NCBI GenBank assembly: GCA_963709845.1
Contig: CAVPXV010000006.1
Coordinates: forward strand, 644,098 to 708,097
DNA: 64,000 nucleotides
Direction: 5' to 3'
From: an uncultured Thermoleophilia bacterium
Lineage (GTDB): Bacteria; Actinomycetota; Thermoleophilia; UBA2241
Shown here: piece after piece, positions 1 to 9,061 of the stretch
Layout: each line of letters opens with the position of its first letter
Position numbering within the stretch: the first letter of the stretch is position 1
Position numbers and translations under genes: made by a program
Notes under the pieces: model-generated
The model's input: only the letters and a program-made list of their open reading frames with translations
Database searches by the model: none
What the model was told of the DNA's origin: nothing

Positions 1-70
1 AGATCTCGCCAGGTTCGAGGCGCAGGCGCGCGAGCTTGGCCACGTAGCGGACGTCCTCTTCACCGATCAT
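1..70 (-). CDS. gatC: GatC (aspartyl/glutamyl-tRNA amidotransferase subunit C); only the N-terminal 23 codons are present and the gene runs off the window start
   Basis: Minus-strand ATG at 70..68 preceded by GGAGG. Translation MIGEEDVRYVAKLARLRLEPGEI matches the GatC N-terminal signature. Confidence 0.5.
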   Translation of the reverse strand, partial: MIGEEDVRYVAKLARLRLEPGEI

Positions 71-145
71 GGAGCATTCCTCCTGCAACAGGCCGCAAAA
101 AAGCGGAGGGCTATCCTACTCCTGCGCGAGAGACGGGACAAGAAA

Positions 146-180
146 GCGGGCCCGCCGGCAGGCACGGCCGGCGGGCCCGC
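146..180. terminator. GC-rich hairpin (13-bp perfect stem gcgggcccgccgg/ccggcgggcccgc, 9-nt loop) 16 nt downstream of the cspA stop
   Basis: Inverted repeat read directly in the sequence. There is no U-tract, which is common in high-GC genomes. Confidence 0.4.
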
Positions 181-195
181 TCGCGTACAGCAGCG

Positions 196-399
196 TCAGA
201 CGATCGGCCGCACCGTGGAGGCCTGGAGCCCTTTGTCGCCCTGGGTGATCTCGAACTCCACGCGCTGCCCCTGGACGAGCGTCTTGTACCCGTCCATCGT
301 GATCTCGGAGTAGTGCACGAACAGGTCGTCACCGTCCTCCCGTTCGATGAAGCCATACCCCTTCTCGTTGCTGAACCACTTCACGGTCCCCTGCGCCAA
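196..399 (-). CDS. cspA: Cold-shock protein, CspA family, 67 aa
   Basis: The tracked ORF 196..492 contains [31 protein letters not shown] shortened the start to TTG at 399..397, which has GGAGGAG 6 nt upstream and gives the canonical 67-aa size. Confidence 0.9.
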   Translation of the reverse strand: MAQGTVKWFSNEKGYGFIEREDGDDLFVHYSEITMDGYKTLVQGQRVEFEITQGDKGLQASTVRPIV

Positions 400-480
400 G
401 ACATCTCCTCCTACGATGAAACCACGTGCTGGCCCAAAAGGCCGTCGGAGCCCCCCATGCGGCGCCGCACACACGCGGCG

Positions 481-508
481 AGAGTACACCACCGTCGATA
501 CTCTGTAA
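481..508 (-). promoter_or_regulatory. Candidate sigma70-like promoter for cspA: -35 TTACAG, 16-nt spacer, -10 TACTCT; implies a roughly 75-nt 5'UTR
   Basis: Hexamers read on the minus strand upstream of cspA. A long leader is typical for csp genes. Confidence 0.25.
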
Positions 509-579
509 ATGAGGCTGGCGCCGTGCGAGGGACACGCCCGCGTGGCGCCGTCCCGCGTGCCGAACGGCGGCCGGTGGGC

Positions 580-1197
580 CTACCGCCCGCCGCCCGAGAG
601 GCCGCCTTGAAGGATCTCCTCCCACAGCGCGAACAGCTCCTCGAGATCGACGCCGTCCGGATCGAGGAGCCTCTGGACGGCGAGGCCGTCGGTCATCGCC
701 ACCATGAGGGAGGCGAGGCCGTGGAGGCGCCCGGAGGAGGCCGCGTCGCCGGCGGTGTCCATCGCCGCCGCGTAGAGGTCCCGGTACCACTCGTAGAGCC
801 GTGCTACCCGTTCGCGCAGCTCGTCGTCGGGCAGCACGTGCGGGAAGAGGGCGAAGAAGTCGCGGAAGCCGTCGCGGTCGTCCACCAGCTTGCGGTCGCT
901 GGCCACGAGACTGTGGACGCGGGCGCCGCCGGAGGGGAGCGACCGGGTCTCCTCCACGGCGGCGACGCTCTGATCGTGCGCCAGGGAGTCGACCACGGCG
1001 GCCAGGAACGCCGCTTTGCTGCCGAAGTAGTAGCGCACCGAGTCACGGTAGGCGCCGGCCTCGGCGGCGACCGCCTCGACGGTCAGCGCCTCATACCCTC
1101 CGCGCGCCAGCAGCCTGCGCGCGGCGGCCACGAGGCGCCGCGCCGTCGGCGAGAGCTGCGCCGCGGGGTCCGCCGGTCTGTCGCCGTCCTGTGCCAT
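580..1197 (-). CDS. TetR/AcrR-family transcriptional regulator
   Basis: Within tracked ORF 580..1545, ATG at 1197 with GGAGGAG upstream. N-terminal HTH (LTVEAVAAEAGAYRDSVRYYFGSKAAFLAAV) is the TetR signature. Confidence 0.8.
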   Translation of the reverse strand: MAQDGDRPADPAAQLSPTARRLVAAARRLLARGGYEALTVEAVAAEAGAYRDSVRYYFGSKAAFLAAVVDSLAHDQSVAAVEETRSLPSGGARVHSLVASDRKLVDDRDGFRDFFALFPHVLPDDELRERVARLYEWYRDLYAAAMDTAGDAASSGRLHGLASLMVAMTDGLAVQRLLDPDGVDLEELFALWEEILQGGLSGGGR

Positions 1198-1471
1198 GAG
1201 CTCCTCCGTGCGCGACACCCTACCACCAGCGGCGCGCCGCAGTCGCGCAGACTGCACGTTGCCAACCTGCGATATTCGCGGTAGAGTCGGCGCAGTTCTC
1301 GGTCGGTTGTACGAACTATACCGCAAACAGGCGATAACGTGAGGTCCCGACCAGGAAGGCTGGAGGTACGAATGGACGAGGGCTTGAGGCAAGCGGCGCT
1401 GCGAGAATCGGCCAAAGCGCTCGCACTGATGGCGAAATCCGTGCTCACGCCGGAGGAGCAGGCGAGTCGTC

Positions 1472-2764
1472 GTGAGCGACTGCGTCACGAACTTCGACGA
1501 ATACGTCAACCCCGGGATCCTCGAGTACCGCAAGTGCGTGTCCACCGACTACACGGCGGTGGAGTGGTCCGACGGCGGGTCCATCTACCGCGACGTGCAC
1601 GGCAAGGAGTACATCGACTGTCTCGGCGGCTTCGGCATCTACATGCTCGGCCACCGGCACCCTACCGTGGTCAAGGCAGTGCGCGACCAGCTGGAGCATC
1701 AGGCCCTACACTCCCAGGAGCTCCTCGATCCCATGCGCGGGCACCTCGCGCACCTGCTCGCGACGGTCACGCCCGGCGACCTCAAGTACTCGTTCTTCTG
1801 CAACTCGGGCACGGAGGCCACCGAAGGCGCCCTCAAGCTCGCCAAGCTCTACGCGTGGCGCCGAAAGAAGGACCACAACAAGGGCATCATCAGCACCACC
1901 AAGGCCTTTCACGGGAAGTCGATCGGGAGCCTGAGCGTGAGCGGCAAGGCCGAGTTCCGGGAGCCGTTCTACCCTCTCGTCCCCGGCGTCCGCTTCGTGC
2001 CCTACGGCGACGCCGACGCGCTCGACAAGGAGCTCTCCGTGTGCGACGCCGTGGGCTTCGACATCGCCGCGTTCATCGCCGAGCCCATCCAGGGCGAGGC
2101 CGGCGCCATCGTGCCGCCGGACGACTACTTCCCCACAGTGCGCGAGGTCTGCGACAAGTGGGGCATCCTGTTCATCGCCGACGAGGTGCAGACCGGCATG
2201 GGCCGCACCGGCAAGCTCTGGGGCATGGACAACTGGGGCGTCGCGCCGGACATCATGACCATGGGCAAGGCCCTCGGCGGGGCGGTCATCCCTATCGGCA
2301 ACTTCATCGCCACGCCGGAGGTGTTCGAGGCCTTCTTCGAGAACCCGTACATCCACTCCACCACCTTCGGCGGCAACCCGATGGCGACGTCGGCCGCCAT
2401 CGGCGCCCTGCACGCCACCCTCGAGGAGGACATCCCCGGCCAGGCCGCCGAGAAGGGCGCCTACCTCAAGGGCAAGCTGCTCGAGCTCGCCGGCGAGTAC
2501 GACGACCTGTTCGACGAGGTGCGTGGGCTCGGGGTGATCATCGGCATGCAGTTCCGCGATCCCGACATCGGCTATGCCGTCAGCCAGGGGCTGTTCAGCC
2601 GGGGGGTCCTCATCGGCGGCACGCTGTTCAACTCCCTCACGCTGCGCATGCAGCCGCCGGCGATCATCACCTACGAGCAGATGGACACGGTGCTCGCGCG
2701 CCTTGCGGCCACGCTGGCGGACGTGCGCGTCCTGGCGAGTCACGGCGAGCTCGTGGCGCACTGA
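1472..2764 (+). CDS. patA: Putrescine aminotransferase-like class-III PLP aminotransferase
   Basis: GTG start at 1472. Strong resemblance to E. coli PatA/YgjG (YVNPGILEYRK, GHRHP, QALHSQELLDP, FFCNSGTEA, PLP-lysine region). Confidence 0.85.
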   Translation: MSDCVTNFDEYVNPGILEYRKCVSTDYTAVEWSDGGSIYRDVHGKEYIDCLGGFGIYMLGHRHPTVVKAVRDQLEHQALHSQELLDPMRGHLAHLLATVTPGDLKYSFFCNSGTEATEGALKLAKLYAWRRKKDHNKGIISTTKAFHGKSIGSLSVSGKAEFREPFYPLVPGVRFVPYGDADALDKELSVCDAVGFDIAAFIAEPIQGEAGAIVPPDDYFPTVREVCDKWGILFIADEVQTGMGRTGKLWGMDNWGVAPDIMTMGKALGGAVIPIGNFIATPEVFEAFFENPYIHSTTFGGNPMATSAAIGALHATLEEDIPGQAAEKGAYLKGKLLELAGEYDDLFDEVRGLGVIIGMQFRDPDIGYAVSQGLFSRGVLIGGTLFNSLTLRMQPPAIITYEQMDTVLARLAATLADVRVLASHGELVAH

Positions 2765-2765
2765 G

Positions 2766-2810
2766 CGCACGAAGGGCCGGCGCGCCGGTGGCGCCCCGGC
2801 CCTTCGTGCG
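2766..2810. terminator. Bidirectional terminator-like hairpin between convergent patA and the 2859 gene (15-bp perfect arms cgcacgaagggccgg/ccggcccttcgtgcg)
   Basis: Perfect inverted repeat starting 2 nt after the patA stop. Confidence 0.45.
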
Positions 2811-2858
2811 CCTATTCCTGCGCTCAAGCGGCCGGCGCTGCGCCGGGCCGCCCGCCGA

Positions 2859-3665
2859 TCACCAGTCCGAGAAGCCGGTGTTGTACCAGATCTTCTTGGT
2901 GCCCTTCTTGGCACGCTTCTCCCAGCCCTTGGTCTTGGGCTCCTGGTCGATGCGCGCCCGCACCGCGTCGGCCACCTGGCGGATCTTGGCCTTCTGCCCC
3001 TCGTCGAGGGCCGCCACGGTGCCGACATGGTCCTTGACGCGGTCGAGGTTCGTGGTGGCCGTGTACCAGAAGCCCCAATCGTCGGCGAGCCGCCGGGCGA
3101 CGTACCCCACGTTGACCTTCTTGGTGTCGTCCTCACCGAAGTCGGCGACGGTGAACAGGTACTCGATGTCCTTGAGGTCCTTGTCGTTGATCTCCCAGAT
3201 CTGCAGCTTCTGCAGCAGGATGTCGGCCAGCGACACGCTCCACGGATCCAGTTCCAGACGGCCCGCGTAGTCGATCTCATGGCAGTAGTCGAGCTTGTCG
3301 ATGAACACGTCGATCATCGGCACCGCTCCGCCGAAGTAGATGTGGCGGGTGGTGCCCGTCATCGCCATGGTCTGCGCGTCGCTCTCGTAGCCGACCGCTG
3401 CCATGAACTTCACGAGATACTTGCGTGTCTTGCCGTAGGTCGCGTAGTCGATGTCAGTGAAGTAGCGGTCACCCAGGCGCTCGAGCTTCGCGTACAGGTC
3501 GATCTGCTCCGGGAAGTAGTAGTGGAGTGCCAGCGGTCCCATGACGCGCATGACGATGCCCTGCTGCTGCGCCGCCTCAGCGATCCGCTTGCCCTCCTCG
3601 AGGAAGACTTCTGGCTTGGGGTAGCGGTCGAGCGGAATGTCCTTCGGCAGGATGAACTGTCCCAT
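2859..3665 (-). CDS. Hypothetical protein, 268 aa, with a Lys-rich C-terminal tail; no family recognised
   Basis: Long ORF with coherent coding and atypical composition (K/I/Y/D/F-rich, lower GC3) relative to its neighbours. Co-oriented with the upstream phosphoesterase gene. Confidence 0.6.
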   Translation of the reverse strand: MGQFILPKDIPLDRYPKPEVFLEEGKRIAEAAQQQGIVMRVMGPLALHYYFPEQIDLYAKLERLGDRYFTDIDYATYGKTRKYLVKFMAAVGYESDAQTMAMTGTTRHIYFGGAVPMIDVFIDKLDYCHEIDYAGRLELDPWSVSLADILLQKLQIWEINDKDLKDIEYLFTVADFGEDDTKKVNVGYVARRLADDWGFWYTATTNLDRVKDHVGTVAALDEGQKAKIRQVADAVRARIDQEPKTKGWEKRAKKGTKKIWYNTGFSDW

Positions 3666-3726
3666 AAGAACCTATCGCCCCCTTCCGGGTTCGGCGTCGT
3701 CAACAAACCGGCAGTCTACGCGTCGA

Positions 3727-4665
3727 TCAACCGGACGTGAAGACGTAGTCCTTGACCTTCTTCTTGTCGAGCATCACGATGACGCCCTTGAGGATGCCCT
3801 CGGAGTACTCGCTGCCCGGGTTGATGAGCAGCGTACGGCCGGCCTTCTGGGCGCCGCGCGACTCGTGGATGTGGCCGAACAGGCCGAGCAAGGGCTGGTT
3901 CTCCTCGATGAGCTTCTTGGCGCCCAGGCTGCCCGCGTGGATCTTCTCCTCCGCCGACATGGTGAGCGTCTCGTCGAGCTTGGGGCAGAGGTCGAGCGAG
4001 TAGCCGTGCGGCGGCACGTGGAAGTTGTAGATCGCCGTCTCCTGGTTGCGGATCGGCGTCACGAGCTCGCGCAGCTTCTTCTCGAGGTCTTCCTCGCTCA
4101 TCTCCCGCGGCGTGTTCCACGGCGTCGGGTTGGAATACGACGACGTCGCCATCTCGTGGCCGTCGATGTCGACGATGCGGCTGTCGCAGGGATGGATGAG
4201 CTTGGCGTTGTCGATCATGTCGTCGATGACGAACCAGTCGTCGTTGCCCGGGCACATGTACATCTGGAAGGGCTTGCCCTCGAGGCGCTCGTCGGCGAGG
4301 TCGAGCCACTCCTGGACGCGCTGGAAGACGAGGCTCTTGAACAGCGCGTCGATCTTGCCCGGGTCGGAGCGCGTGTCCTCGAACTCCTCACGCGTCTGAT
4401 GTTCCCAGTAGTAGCCGGCGTTCTCGATGATCTTCTTGATGGCCGCGAGCTCTTCCTGGCCGTTGACGTCGCGGTGCTGCCCCATGAGGGTGCACTCCCA
4501 CGACTCGTTGCCCTTGGCCACGAGCGGCACAAGGACCTTCCCCGTGAGGTCGCCGAGGAGGACGGCGACGTCGATGCCGTAGATCGGAAGCGCGTTGAGG
4601 AACTTCCGGTAGCAGACGTTCGACCCGTGGATATCGGTGACGAAAAACAGTTTGATCATCTGCAC
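3727..4665 (-). CDS. Calcineurin-like metallophosphoesterase
   Basis: Motifs FVTDIHG, LLGDLTGK, CPGNDD and LFGHIHE match the metallophosphoesterase signature blocks I-V. Composition is atypical, like the 2859 gene. Confidence 0.8.
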   Translation of the reverse strand: MQMIKLFFVTDIHGSNVCYRKFLNALPIYGIDVAVLLGDLTGKVLVPLVAKGNESWECTLMGQHRDVNGQEELAAIKKIIENAGYYWEHQTREEFEDTRSDPGKIDALFKSLVFQRVQEWLDLADERLEGKPFQMYMCPGNDDWFVIDDMIDNAKLIHPCDSRIVDIDGHEMATSSYSNPTPWNTPREMSEEDLEKKLRELVTPIRNQETAIYNFHVPPHGYSLDLCPKLDETLTMSAEEKIHAGSLGAKKLIEENQPLLGLFGHIHESRGAQKAGRTLLINPGSEYSEGILKGVIVMLDKKKVKDYVFTSG

Positions 4666-4726
4666 ACTCCAGAGACAAGTGAGGGGCGGGAGCGGGCTTG
4701 CTCCCGCCCCTCACGGTACTGCCAGA

Positions 4727-6346
4727 TCACTCAGGCGGCAACTCGCCGTAGGTGAGCGAGACGTCGACGCCCACCGTCTTGCTGCGCGACTTCCAGAAGA
4801 AGTACCAGAGGATGCCGAGCACCCACGCGGTCACCAGGATGACGTTCCCCGCGAAGGTGAACTGCTTCGCCGCGGCGTTGAAGACGAAGTAGTAGAGCAG
4901 GATGCCGAGGTAGACGAAGCTGACGAGCGCGCCCCAGACCACCACCGGCAGGCCGAGGAACTTCCAGGTCTTGTACGGCGACGACTCCCAGACGCCCTTG
5001 GCCCGTCTCACGTAGGGGAACAGCAGGGCGGCGATGGCGGTCGGGATGAAGACCGACGTCACCTGGAAGCCCGTCACGATGATGTTCTGCATCTGGTTGC
5101 TGAGAAGCGTGTAGTAGAGGATCAGCAGGCCTTCGCCGAGGACGAAGCAGACGATGTAGTTCTTCACCGGGCTCGCCCAGCGCGGGTTGATGTCCGTGAA
5201 CCACTTGGGACCCATGCGGTCCATGCCCCAGGCGAACAGGATGCGCGGGAAGGCGAGGTACGAGAGCGCGACCCACCACACGGTGAACGCCACGTACGAG
5301 AAGCCCATGTAGCCGGCCGCCAGCTTCGTGTACCAGGCCTTGGTGCCGATCGTGTAGACGGCCAGGTCGATGAAGTTGGTGCCGAACGGCATGTTGAAGC
5401 CGTTGATCGGGCCGTTCTGGTCGTTCCAGGCGGAGGCGTTCAGGAACTGGTAGCCGACCGTCTTGTTGAGCACGATGGCGATCCAGATCATGAACACGAA
5501 GGGCGCGGCGATGGCGAAGAAGTTGGACCAGATGATGGTCTTGTCGGGGCGCTTGACCTCGCCGCCGATGAACGAGATCGAGTAGGCGTAGGCGAACAGC
5601 CACGACATGGCGACCATGCAGCCCAGGGTCGCGCCCCAGCTCCAGGTACTCGGCATCGCCTGCCCCGCCGCCGCGCCCACCTTGGCGATGAACGGCTGGT
5701 AGGTCGGCGAGTGCGAGGCTACCGCCGCCGCGTCCCACTTGGCGACGAAGTTGGCGCGCGAGGAGAACGTCAGCACCAGGGCGATGACGATGCAGCCGCC
5801 GATGCCGAAGAACATCACGATCTTCTGCGTGAGGGCGAAGATCCTGATGCCGAACACCACGAACGCGAAGCCGATGATGTTGAACAGGGTCGCCAGCGCG
5901 AACGTGATCCAGGCGCTGCTGACCACCCAGGTGGCGGCGCTTGTCCAGCCCAGGTAGTTGAACGTGATCGTCAGCCCCGGGTCGACCGCCAGCGGCGTCA
6001 AGACGTAGATCCACATCAGCCAGATCATCGCGTCGCCGAAGCTCTGGGCGATCCCGAAGATCGGGTGCACGATGCGCGAGTTGTAGATGTACTCGCCGCC
6101 GGACCGCGGCATCGATCCGCCGAGCACGCCCCAGACGATGGGGAAGCCGAAGCCGGCGAGCGCGAACGAGATGAGAGCGGCGATGATCAGGTTGCCGCCG
6201 AGGAACACGCCGAGACCGAACGTGATGGCGAACCAGATGCTCGGCGTGAGCCCCTGGTTCATGAAGCCGACGGCGAAGGCGTCGGTCATCGAAAGACCGC
6301 GGACGAGGCCGCTCGCCTTGCGGGCGAAGGCTAGTTCTTCTGCCAC
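4727..6346 (-). CDS. APC-family amino acid/polyamine permease
   Basis: Tracked ORF 4727..6394. I chose GTG at 6346 (GGGGGG 7 nt upstream), making VAEELAFARKASGLV the start. About 12 TM segments and APC-like motifs are present. Confidence 0.85.
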   Translation of the reverse strand: MAEELAFARKASGLVRGLSMTDAFAVGFMNQGLTPSIWFAITFGLGVFLGGNLIIAALISFALAGFGFPIVWGVLGGSMPRSGGEYIYNSRIVHPIFGIAQSFGDAMIWLMWIYVLTPLAVDPGLTITFNYLGWTSAATWVVSSAWITFALATLFNIIGFAFVVFGIRIFALTQKIVMFFGIGGCIVIALVLTFSSRANFVAKWDAAAVASHSPTYQPFIAKVGAAAGQAMPSTWSWGATLGCMVAMSWLFAYAYSISFIGGEVKRPDKTIIWSNFFAIAAPFVFMIWIAIVLNKTVGYQFLNASAWNDQNGPINGFNMPFGTNFIDLAVYTIGTKAWYTKLAAGYMGFSYVAFTVWWVALSYLAFPRILFAWGMDRMGPKWFTDINPRWASPVKNYIVCFVLGEGLLILYYTLLSNQMQNIIVTGFQVTSVFIPTAIAALLFPYVRRAKGVWESSPYKTWKFLGLPVVVWGALVSFVYLGILLYYFVFNAAAKQFTFAGNVILVTAWVLGILWYFFWKSRSKTVGVDVSLTYGELPPE

Positions 6347-6442
6347 ATTGTCCCCCCTTGCTTGCACACGTCCCGCCGGGCAGACCCCAGCCACCGCCGA
6401 TCCGTGCCTAGATACGTCGAAGATCCGGAAAGCACCGCGTCT

Positions 6443-6934
6443 CTAGCCGATCGTCCCCCCTTCCTCAGCGGCCTCAGCCGGAACGTGCCACTGATACACG
6501 TCCTTGAGCTTCCACGGCACCATCGCGGTCTTGGTACGAGTGACGCCCGGAACCTTGCCTATCACTTCGTTGACGAACCGGAGCAGCTCCTCGGTGTCGC
6601 GGGCGACGACCTGCACGCTGAGGTCGCCCTCGCCGACGGATCCGGCGACGTAGCTGATGGTCGGGAACTCGACGAGCTGCGCGGCCACGTCCTGGAGCTT
6701 GCCGGGCGCGACGTCGACCAGCACGTCGCCGATCACGGCGAAGCCGACGGCCTGGGGATTCACGATGGCGCTGACGCGGATCACGCCGGTGCGGATGAGC
6801 CGCTCGATGCGGTAGCGCACGGCGCGCTCGGACACGTGCCCGATGCGGCGTGTGATCTCGGCCGACGAGATGCGGCCGTCTTCCAGCAGGAGTGACACGA
6901 TCTCGCGATCGATCGCGTCGAGGCTGAATGGCAC
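6443..6934 (-). CDS. Lrp/AsnC-family transcriptional regulator
   Basis: GTG at 6934 with AGGGGGG upstream. HTH (IDREIVSLLLEDGRISSAEITRRIGHVSERAVRYRIERL) plus a RAM domain. Confidence 0.85.
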   Translation of the reverse strand: MPFSLDAIDREIVSLLLEDGRISSAEITRRIGHVSERAVRYRIERLIRTGVIRVSAIVNPQAVGFAVIGDVLVDVAPGKLQDVAAQLVEFPTISYVAGSVGEGDLSVQVVARDTEELLRFVNEVIGKVPGVTRTKTAMVPWKLKDVYQWHVPAEAAEEGGTIG

Positions 6935-7019
6935 CAAGACCCCCCTGGTCAGCGTCCATTCTGTCGCGCTATTTCGACACCCGGCGTCGGAAAATGTCAA
7001 GACGGAGGTCAGCTTTGTG

Positions 7020-7058
7020 GGAATCGGCAATCTACGGATTTCGCAAATTGCCGATTCC
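7020..7058. repeat. 12-bp perfect inverted repeat GGAATCGGCAAT-N15-ATTGCCGATTCC between the nuoF-like stop and the lrp start
   Basis: Read directly. It is relatively AT-rich for this genome. It could be an operon terminator or an Lrp operator. Confidence 0.4.
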
Positions 7059-7168
7059 TACAATCTGATGCCTGGACCTGTCGCGCCGCGACGGGCGTCG
7101 CGGCGGCGTCGGGAAAGCGTCGCAGGACCGAGCCCCGGCCCGCGCTCGCTGCGCGTGGGGGCCCGCCC

Positions 7169-9061
7169 TCAGACCGTCGCCTGGGCCTCCACGGCGGCGG
7201 CGATCTCCTCCGGCCCGCTCACGACCTTGACGGCATCGAACTTGCACGCGGCCCGGCAGGCGTCGCACTTGATGCAGAGCGACTGGTCGATGGCGTACGC
7301 CTGCTTCTTCTCGCCGCGCGCGGCGGCGACCGGACAGCGCTTGGCGCAGAGCGTGCAGCCGGTGCACGCCTCGGCGTCGACGACGTAGGCGATGAGCGCC
7401 TCGCAGCTGAGCGCCGGGCAGCGCTTCTCGCGGATGTGCGCCTCGTACTCGGCGCGGAAGTACCTGACGGTCGTGAGCACCGGGTTGGGTGCCGTCTGGC
7501 CGAGGCCGCAGAGGCTCGTCTTCTTGATGGAAAGCGCGAGGGTCTCCAGGGTCTCGATGTCTCCCTCACGGCCCCGCCCCTCGGTGATGCGCGTGAGGAT
7601 CTCGAGCATGCGCTTGGTGCCGAGGCGGCAGGGGACGCACTTGCCGCAGCTCTCGTTCTGGGTGAACTGCTGAAAGTACCTGGCCAGGTCGACCATGCAG
7701 GTCGTGTCATCGGCGACGACCATGCCTCCGGAGCCCATGATCGCGCCGGTCGCGGCCAGGCTCTCGTAGTCGACCGGCGTGTCGAGCAGGTCGGCCGGCA
7801 CGCAGCCGCCGGAGGGGCCACCGAGCTGGACGGCCTTGAAGGCGCGCCCGTCCTTGATGCCGCCGCCGACATCGAAGATCACGTGCCGCAGGGTAGAGCC
7901 CATGGGCACTTCGGCCAGGCCGCCGTTGACCACCTTGCCGGCGAGGCTGAAGGCCTTCGTGCCCTTGCAGGTCTCGCTGCCGATGGCGGCGTACTCCTGC
8001 GCGCCGTGGGCGATGATCCACGGCACGCTGGCGTAGGTCTCGACGTTGTTGATGTTCGTGGGCTTGCCCCAGAGCCCGGCCACGGCCGGGAACGGCGGGC
8101 GTTTACGCGGCATGCCGCGCTCGCCCATGATCGAGGCGATGAGCGCCGTCTCCTCGCCGCAGACGAAGGCGCCGGCGCCTTCCTTGATCTTCAGCGTGAA
8201 GTCCCAGCCGCTCCCGAAGATGTCGGCGCCGAGGAAGCCCCGCTCCTGAGCGGCCGCGATCGCCAGGCGCAGCCGCTTGACGGCCAGCGGATACTCGGCG
8301 CGCACATAGATGAACCCTTCGTGCGCGCCGATCCCGTAGGAGGCGATGAGCATGCCCTCGAGGACGGCGTGCGGGTCGCCGTCCATGATGGACGCGTCCA
8401 TGAAAGCGCCGGGGTCGCCCTCATCGCCGTTGCAGATGACGTACTTCACGTCGCCCGGCGAGGAGCGCGCGAACCGCCACTTGGTGCCGGTGGGGAAGCC
8501 CGCGCCGCCACGGCCGCGCAGCCCCGAGTCGAACACCTCCTCGACGACGGCATCCGGGGTCATCGTCGTGAGCGCCTTGCGCGCGGCCTCGTAGCCGCCG
8601 CGCGCCAGGTATTCCTCGATGCGCTCGGGATCGATGACGCCGACGTCGCGCAAGGCGATGCGCGTCTGCTGCGCGTAGAACGGGATGTCGTGCGCGCAGG
8701 TGACGTGCTCCCCGCTCGCGGGATCCACGTACAACAGCTTGTCCACCACGCTGCCGCCGGCGAGGTGCTCCTCGACGACCTGCCTGACGTCCTTGACCTT
8801 GAGCCGCGGGTAGTAGACGTCGCCCTCGGCGACGACCGCCAGCGGCCCCTGCGAGCAGAGCCCGTGACAGCCGATGATCGCGACCTCGAACTCGTCCTCG
8901 AGCCCCGCCGCCTCGATCTCCGCTACGAAGGCGTCGCGCACCTTCATGGAGCCGGCGAACACGCAGGCGGTGCCGGCGCACACCGACACGCGGCGCCTGC
9001 CGTCGCCGGTCGCCGCGACCCCGACCTTGACGCCGCCGGGCGCCGGGAGGACGTCAGCCAT
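7169..9061 (-). CDS. NuoF-family NAD(P)H-binding flavo-FeS subunit with an N-terminal thioredoxin-like [2Fe-2S] domain and a C-terminal 2x[4Fe-4S] ferredoxin domain (HndC/HydB/FdhB-like diaphorase)
   Basis: ATG at 9061 (GGAGGAGGG upstream), overlapping the nuoE-like gene by 8 nt. Glycine-rich FMN/NADH motifs, CGKCVPCR, and C-terminal CTGCTLCAKRCP and CIKCDACRAAC. Confidence 0.9.
   Translation of the reverse strand: MADVLPAPGGVKVGVAATGDGRRRVSVCAGTACVFAGSMKVRDAFVAEIEAAGLEDEFEVAIIGCHGLCSQGPLAVVAEGDVYYPRLKVKDVRQVVEEHLAGGSVVDKLLYVDPASGEHVTCAHDIPFYAQQTRIALRDVGVIDPERIEEYLARGGYEAARKALTTMTPDAVVEEVFDSGLRGRGGAGFPTGTKWRFARSSPGDVKYVICNGDEGDPGAFMDASIMDGDPHAVLEGMLIASYGIGAHEGFIYVRAEYPLAVKRLRLAIAAAQERGFLGADIFGSGWDFTLKIKEGAGAFVCGEETALIASIMGERGMPRKRPPFPAVAGLWGKPTNINNVETYASVPWIIAHGAQEYAAIGSETCKGTKAFSLAGKVVNGGLAEVPMGSTLRHVIFDVGGGIKDGRAFKAVQLGGPSGGCVPADLLDTPVDYESLAATGAIMGSGGMVVADDTTCMVDLARYFQQFTQNESCGKCVPCRLGTKRMLEILTRITEGRGREGDIETLETLALSIKKTSLCGLGQTAPNPVLTTVRYFRAEYEAHIREKRCPALSCEALIAYVVDAEACTGCTLCAKRCPVAAARGEKKQAYAIDQSLCIKCDACRAACKFDAVKVVSGPEEIAAAVEAQATV

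Noticed and set aside
1198-1471. TetR operator palindrome in the tetR-patA divergent region
   Set aside because: Only short or imperfect symmetric elements were found (GCGATATTCGC, TTGTACGAAC). None is convincing.
2859-3665. Pol-beta-type nucleotidyltransferase assignment for the 268-aa hypothetical protein, because of the MGPLAL...TDIDYA stretch
   Set aside because: The spacing and residues do not fit the hG[GS]x9-13Dh[DE]h motif on manual inspection. It was left as hypothetical.
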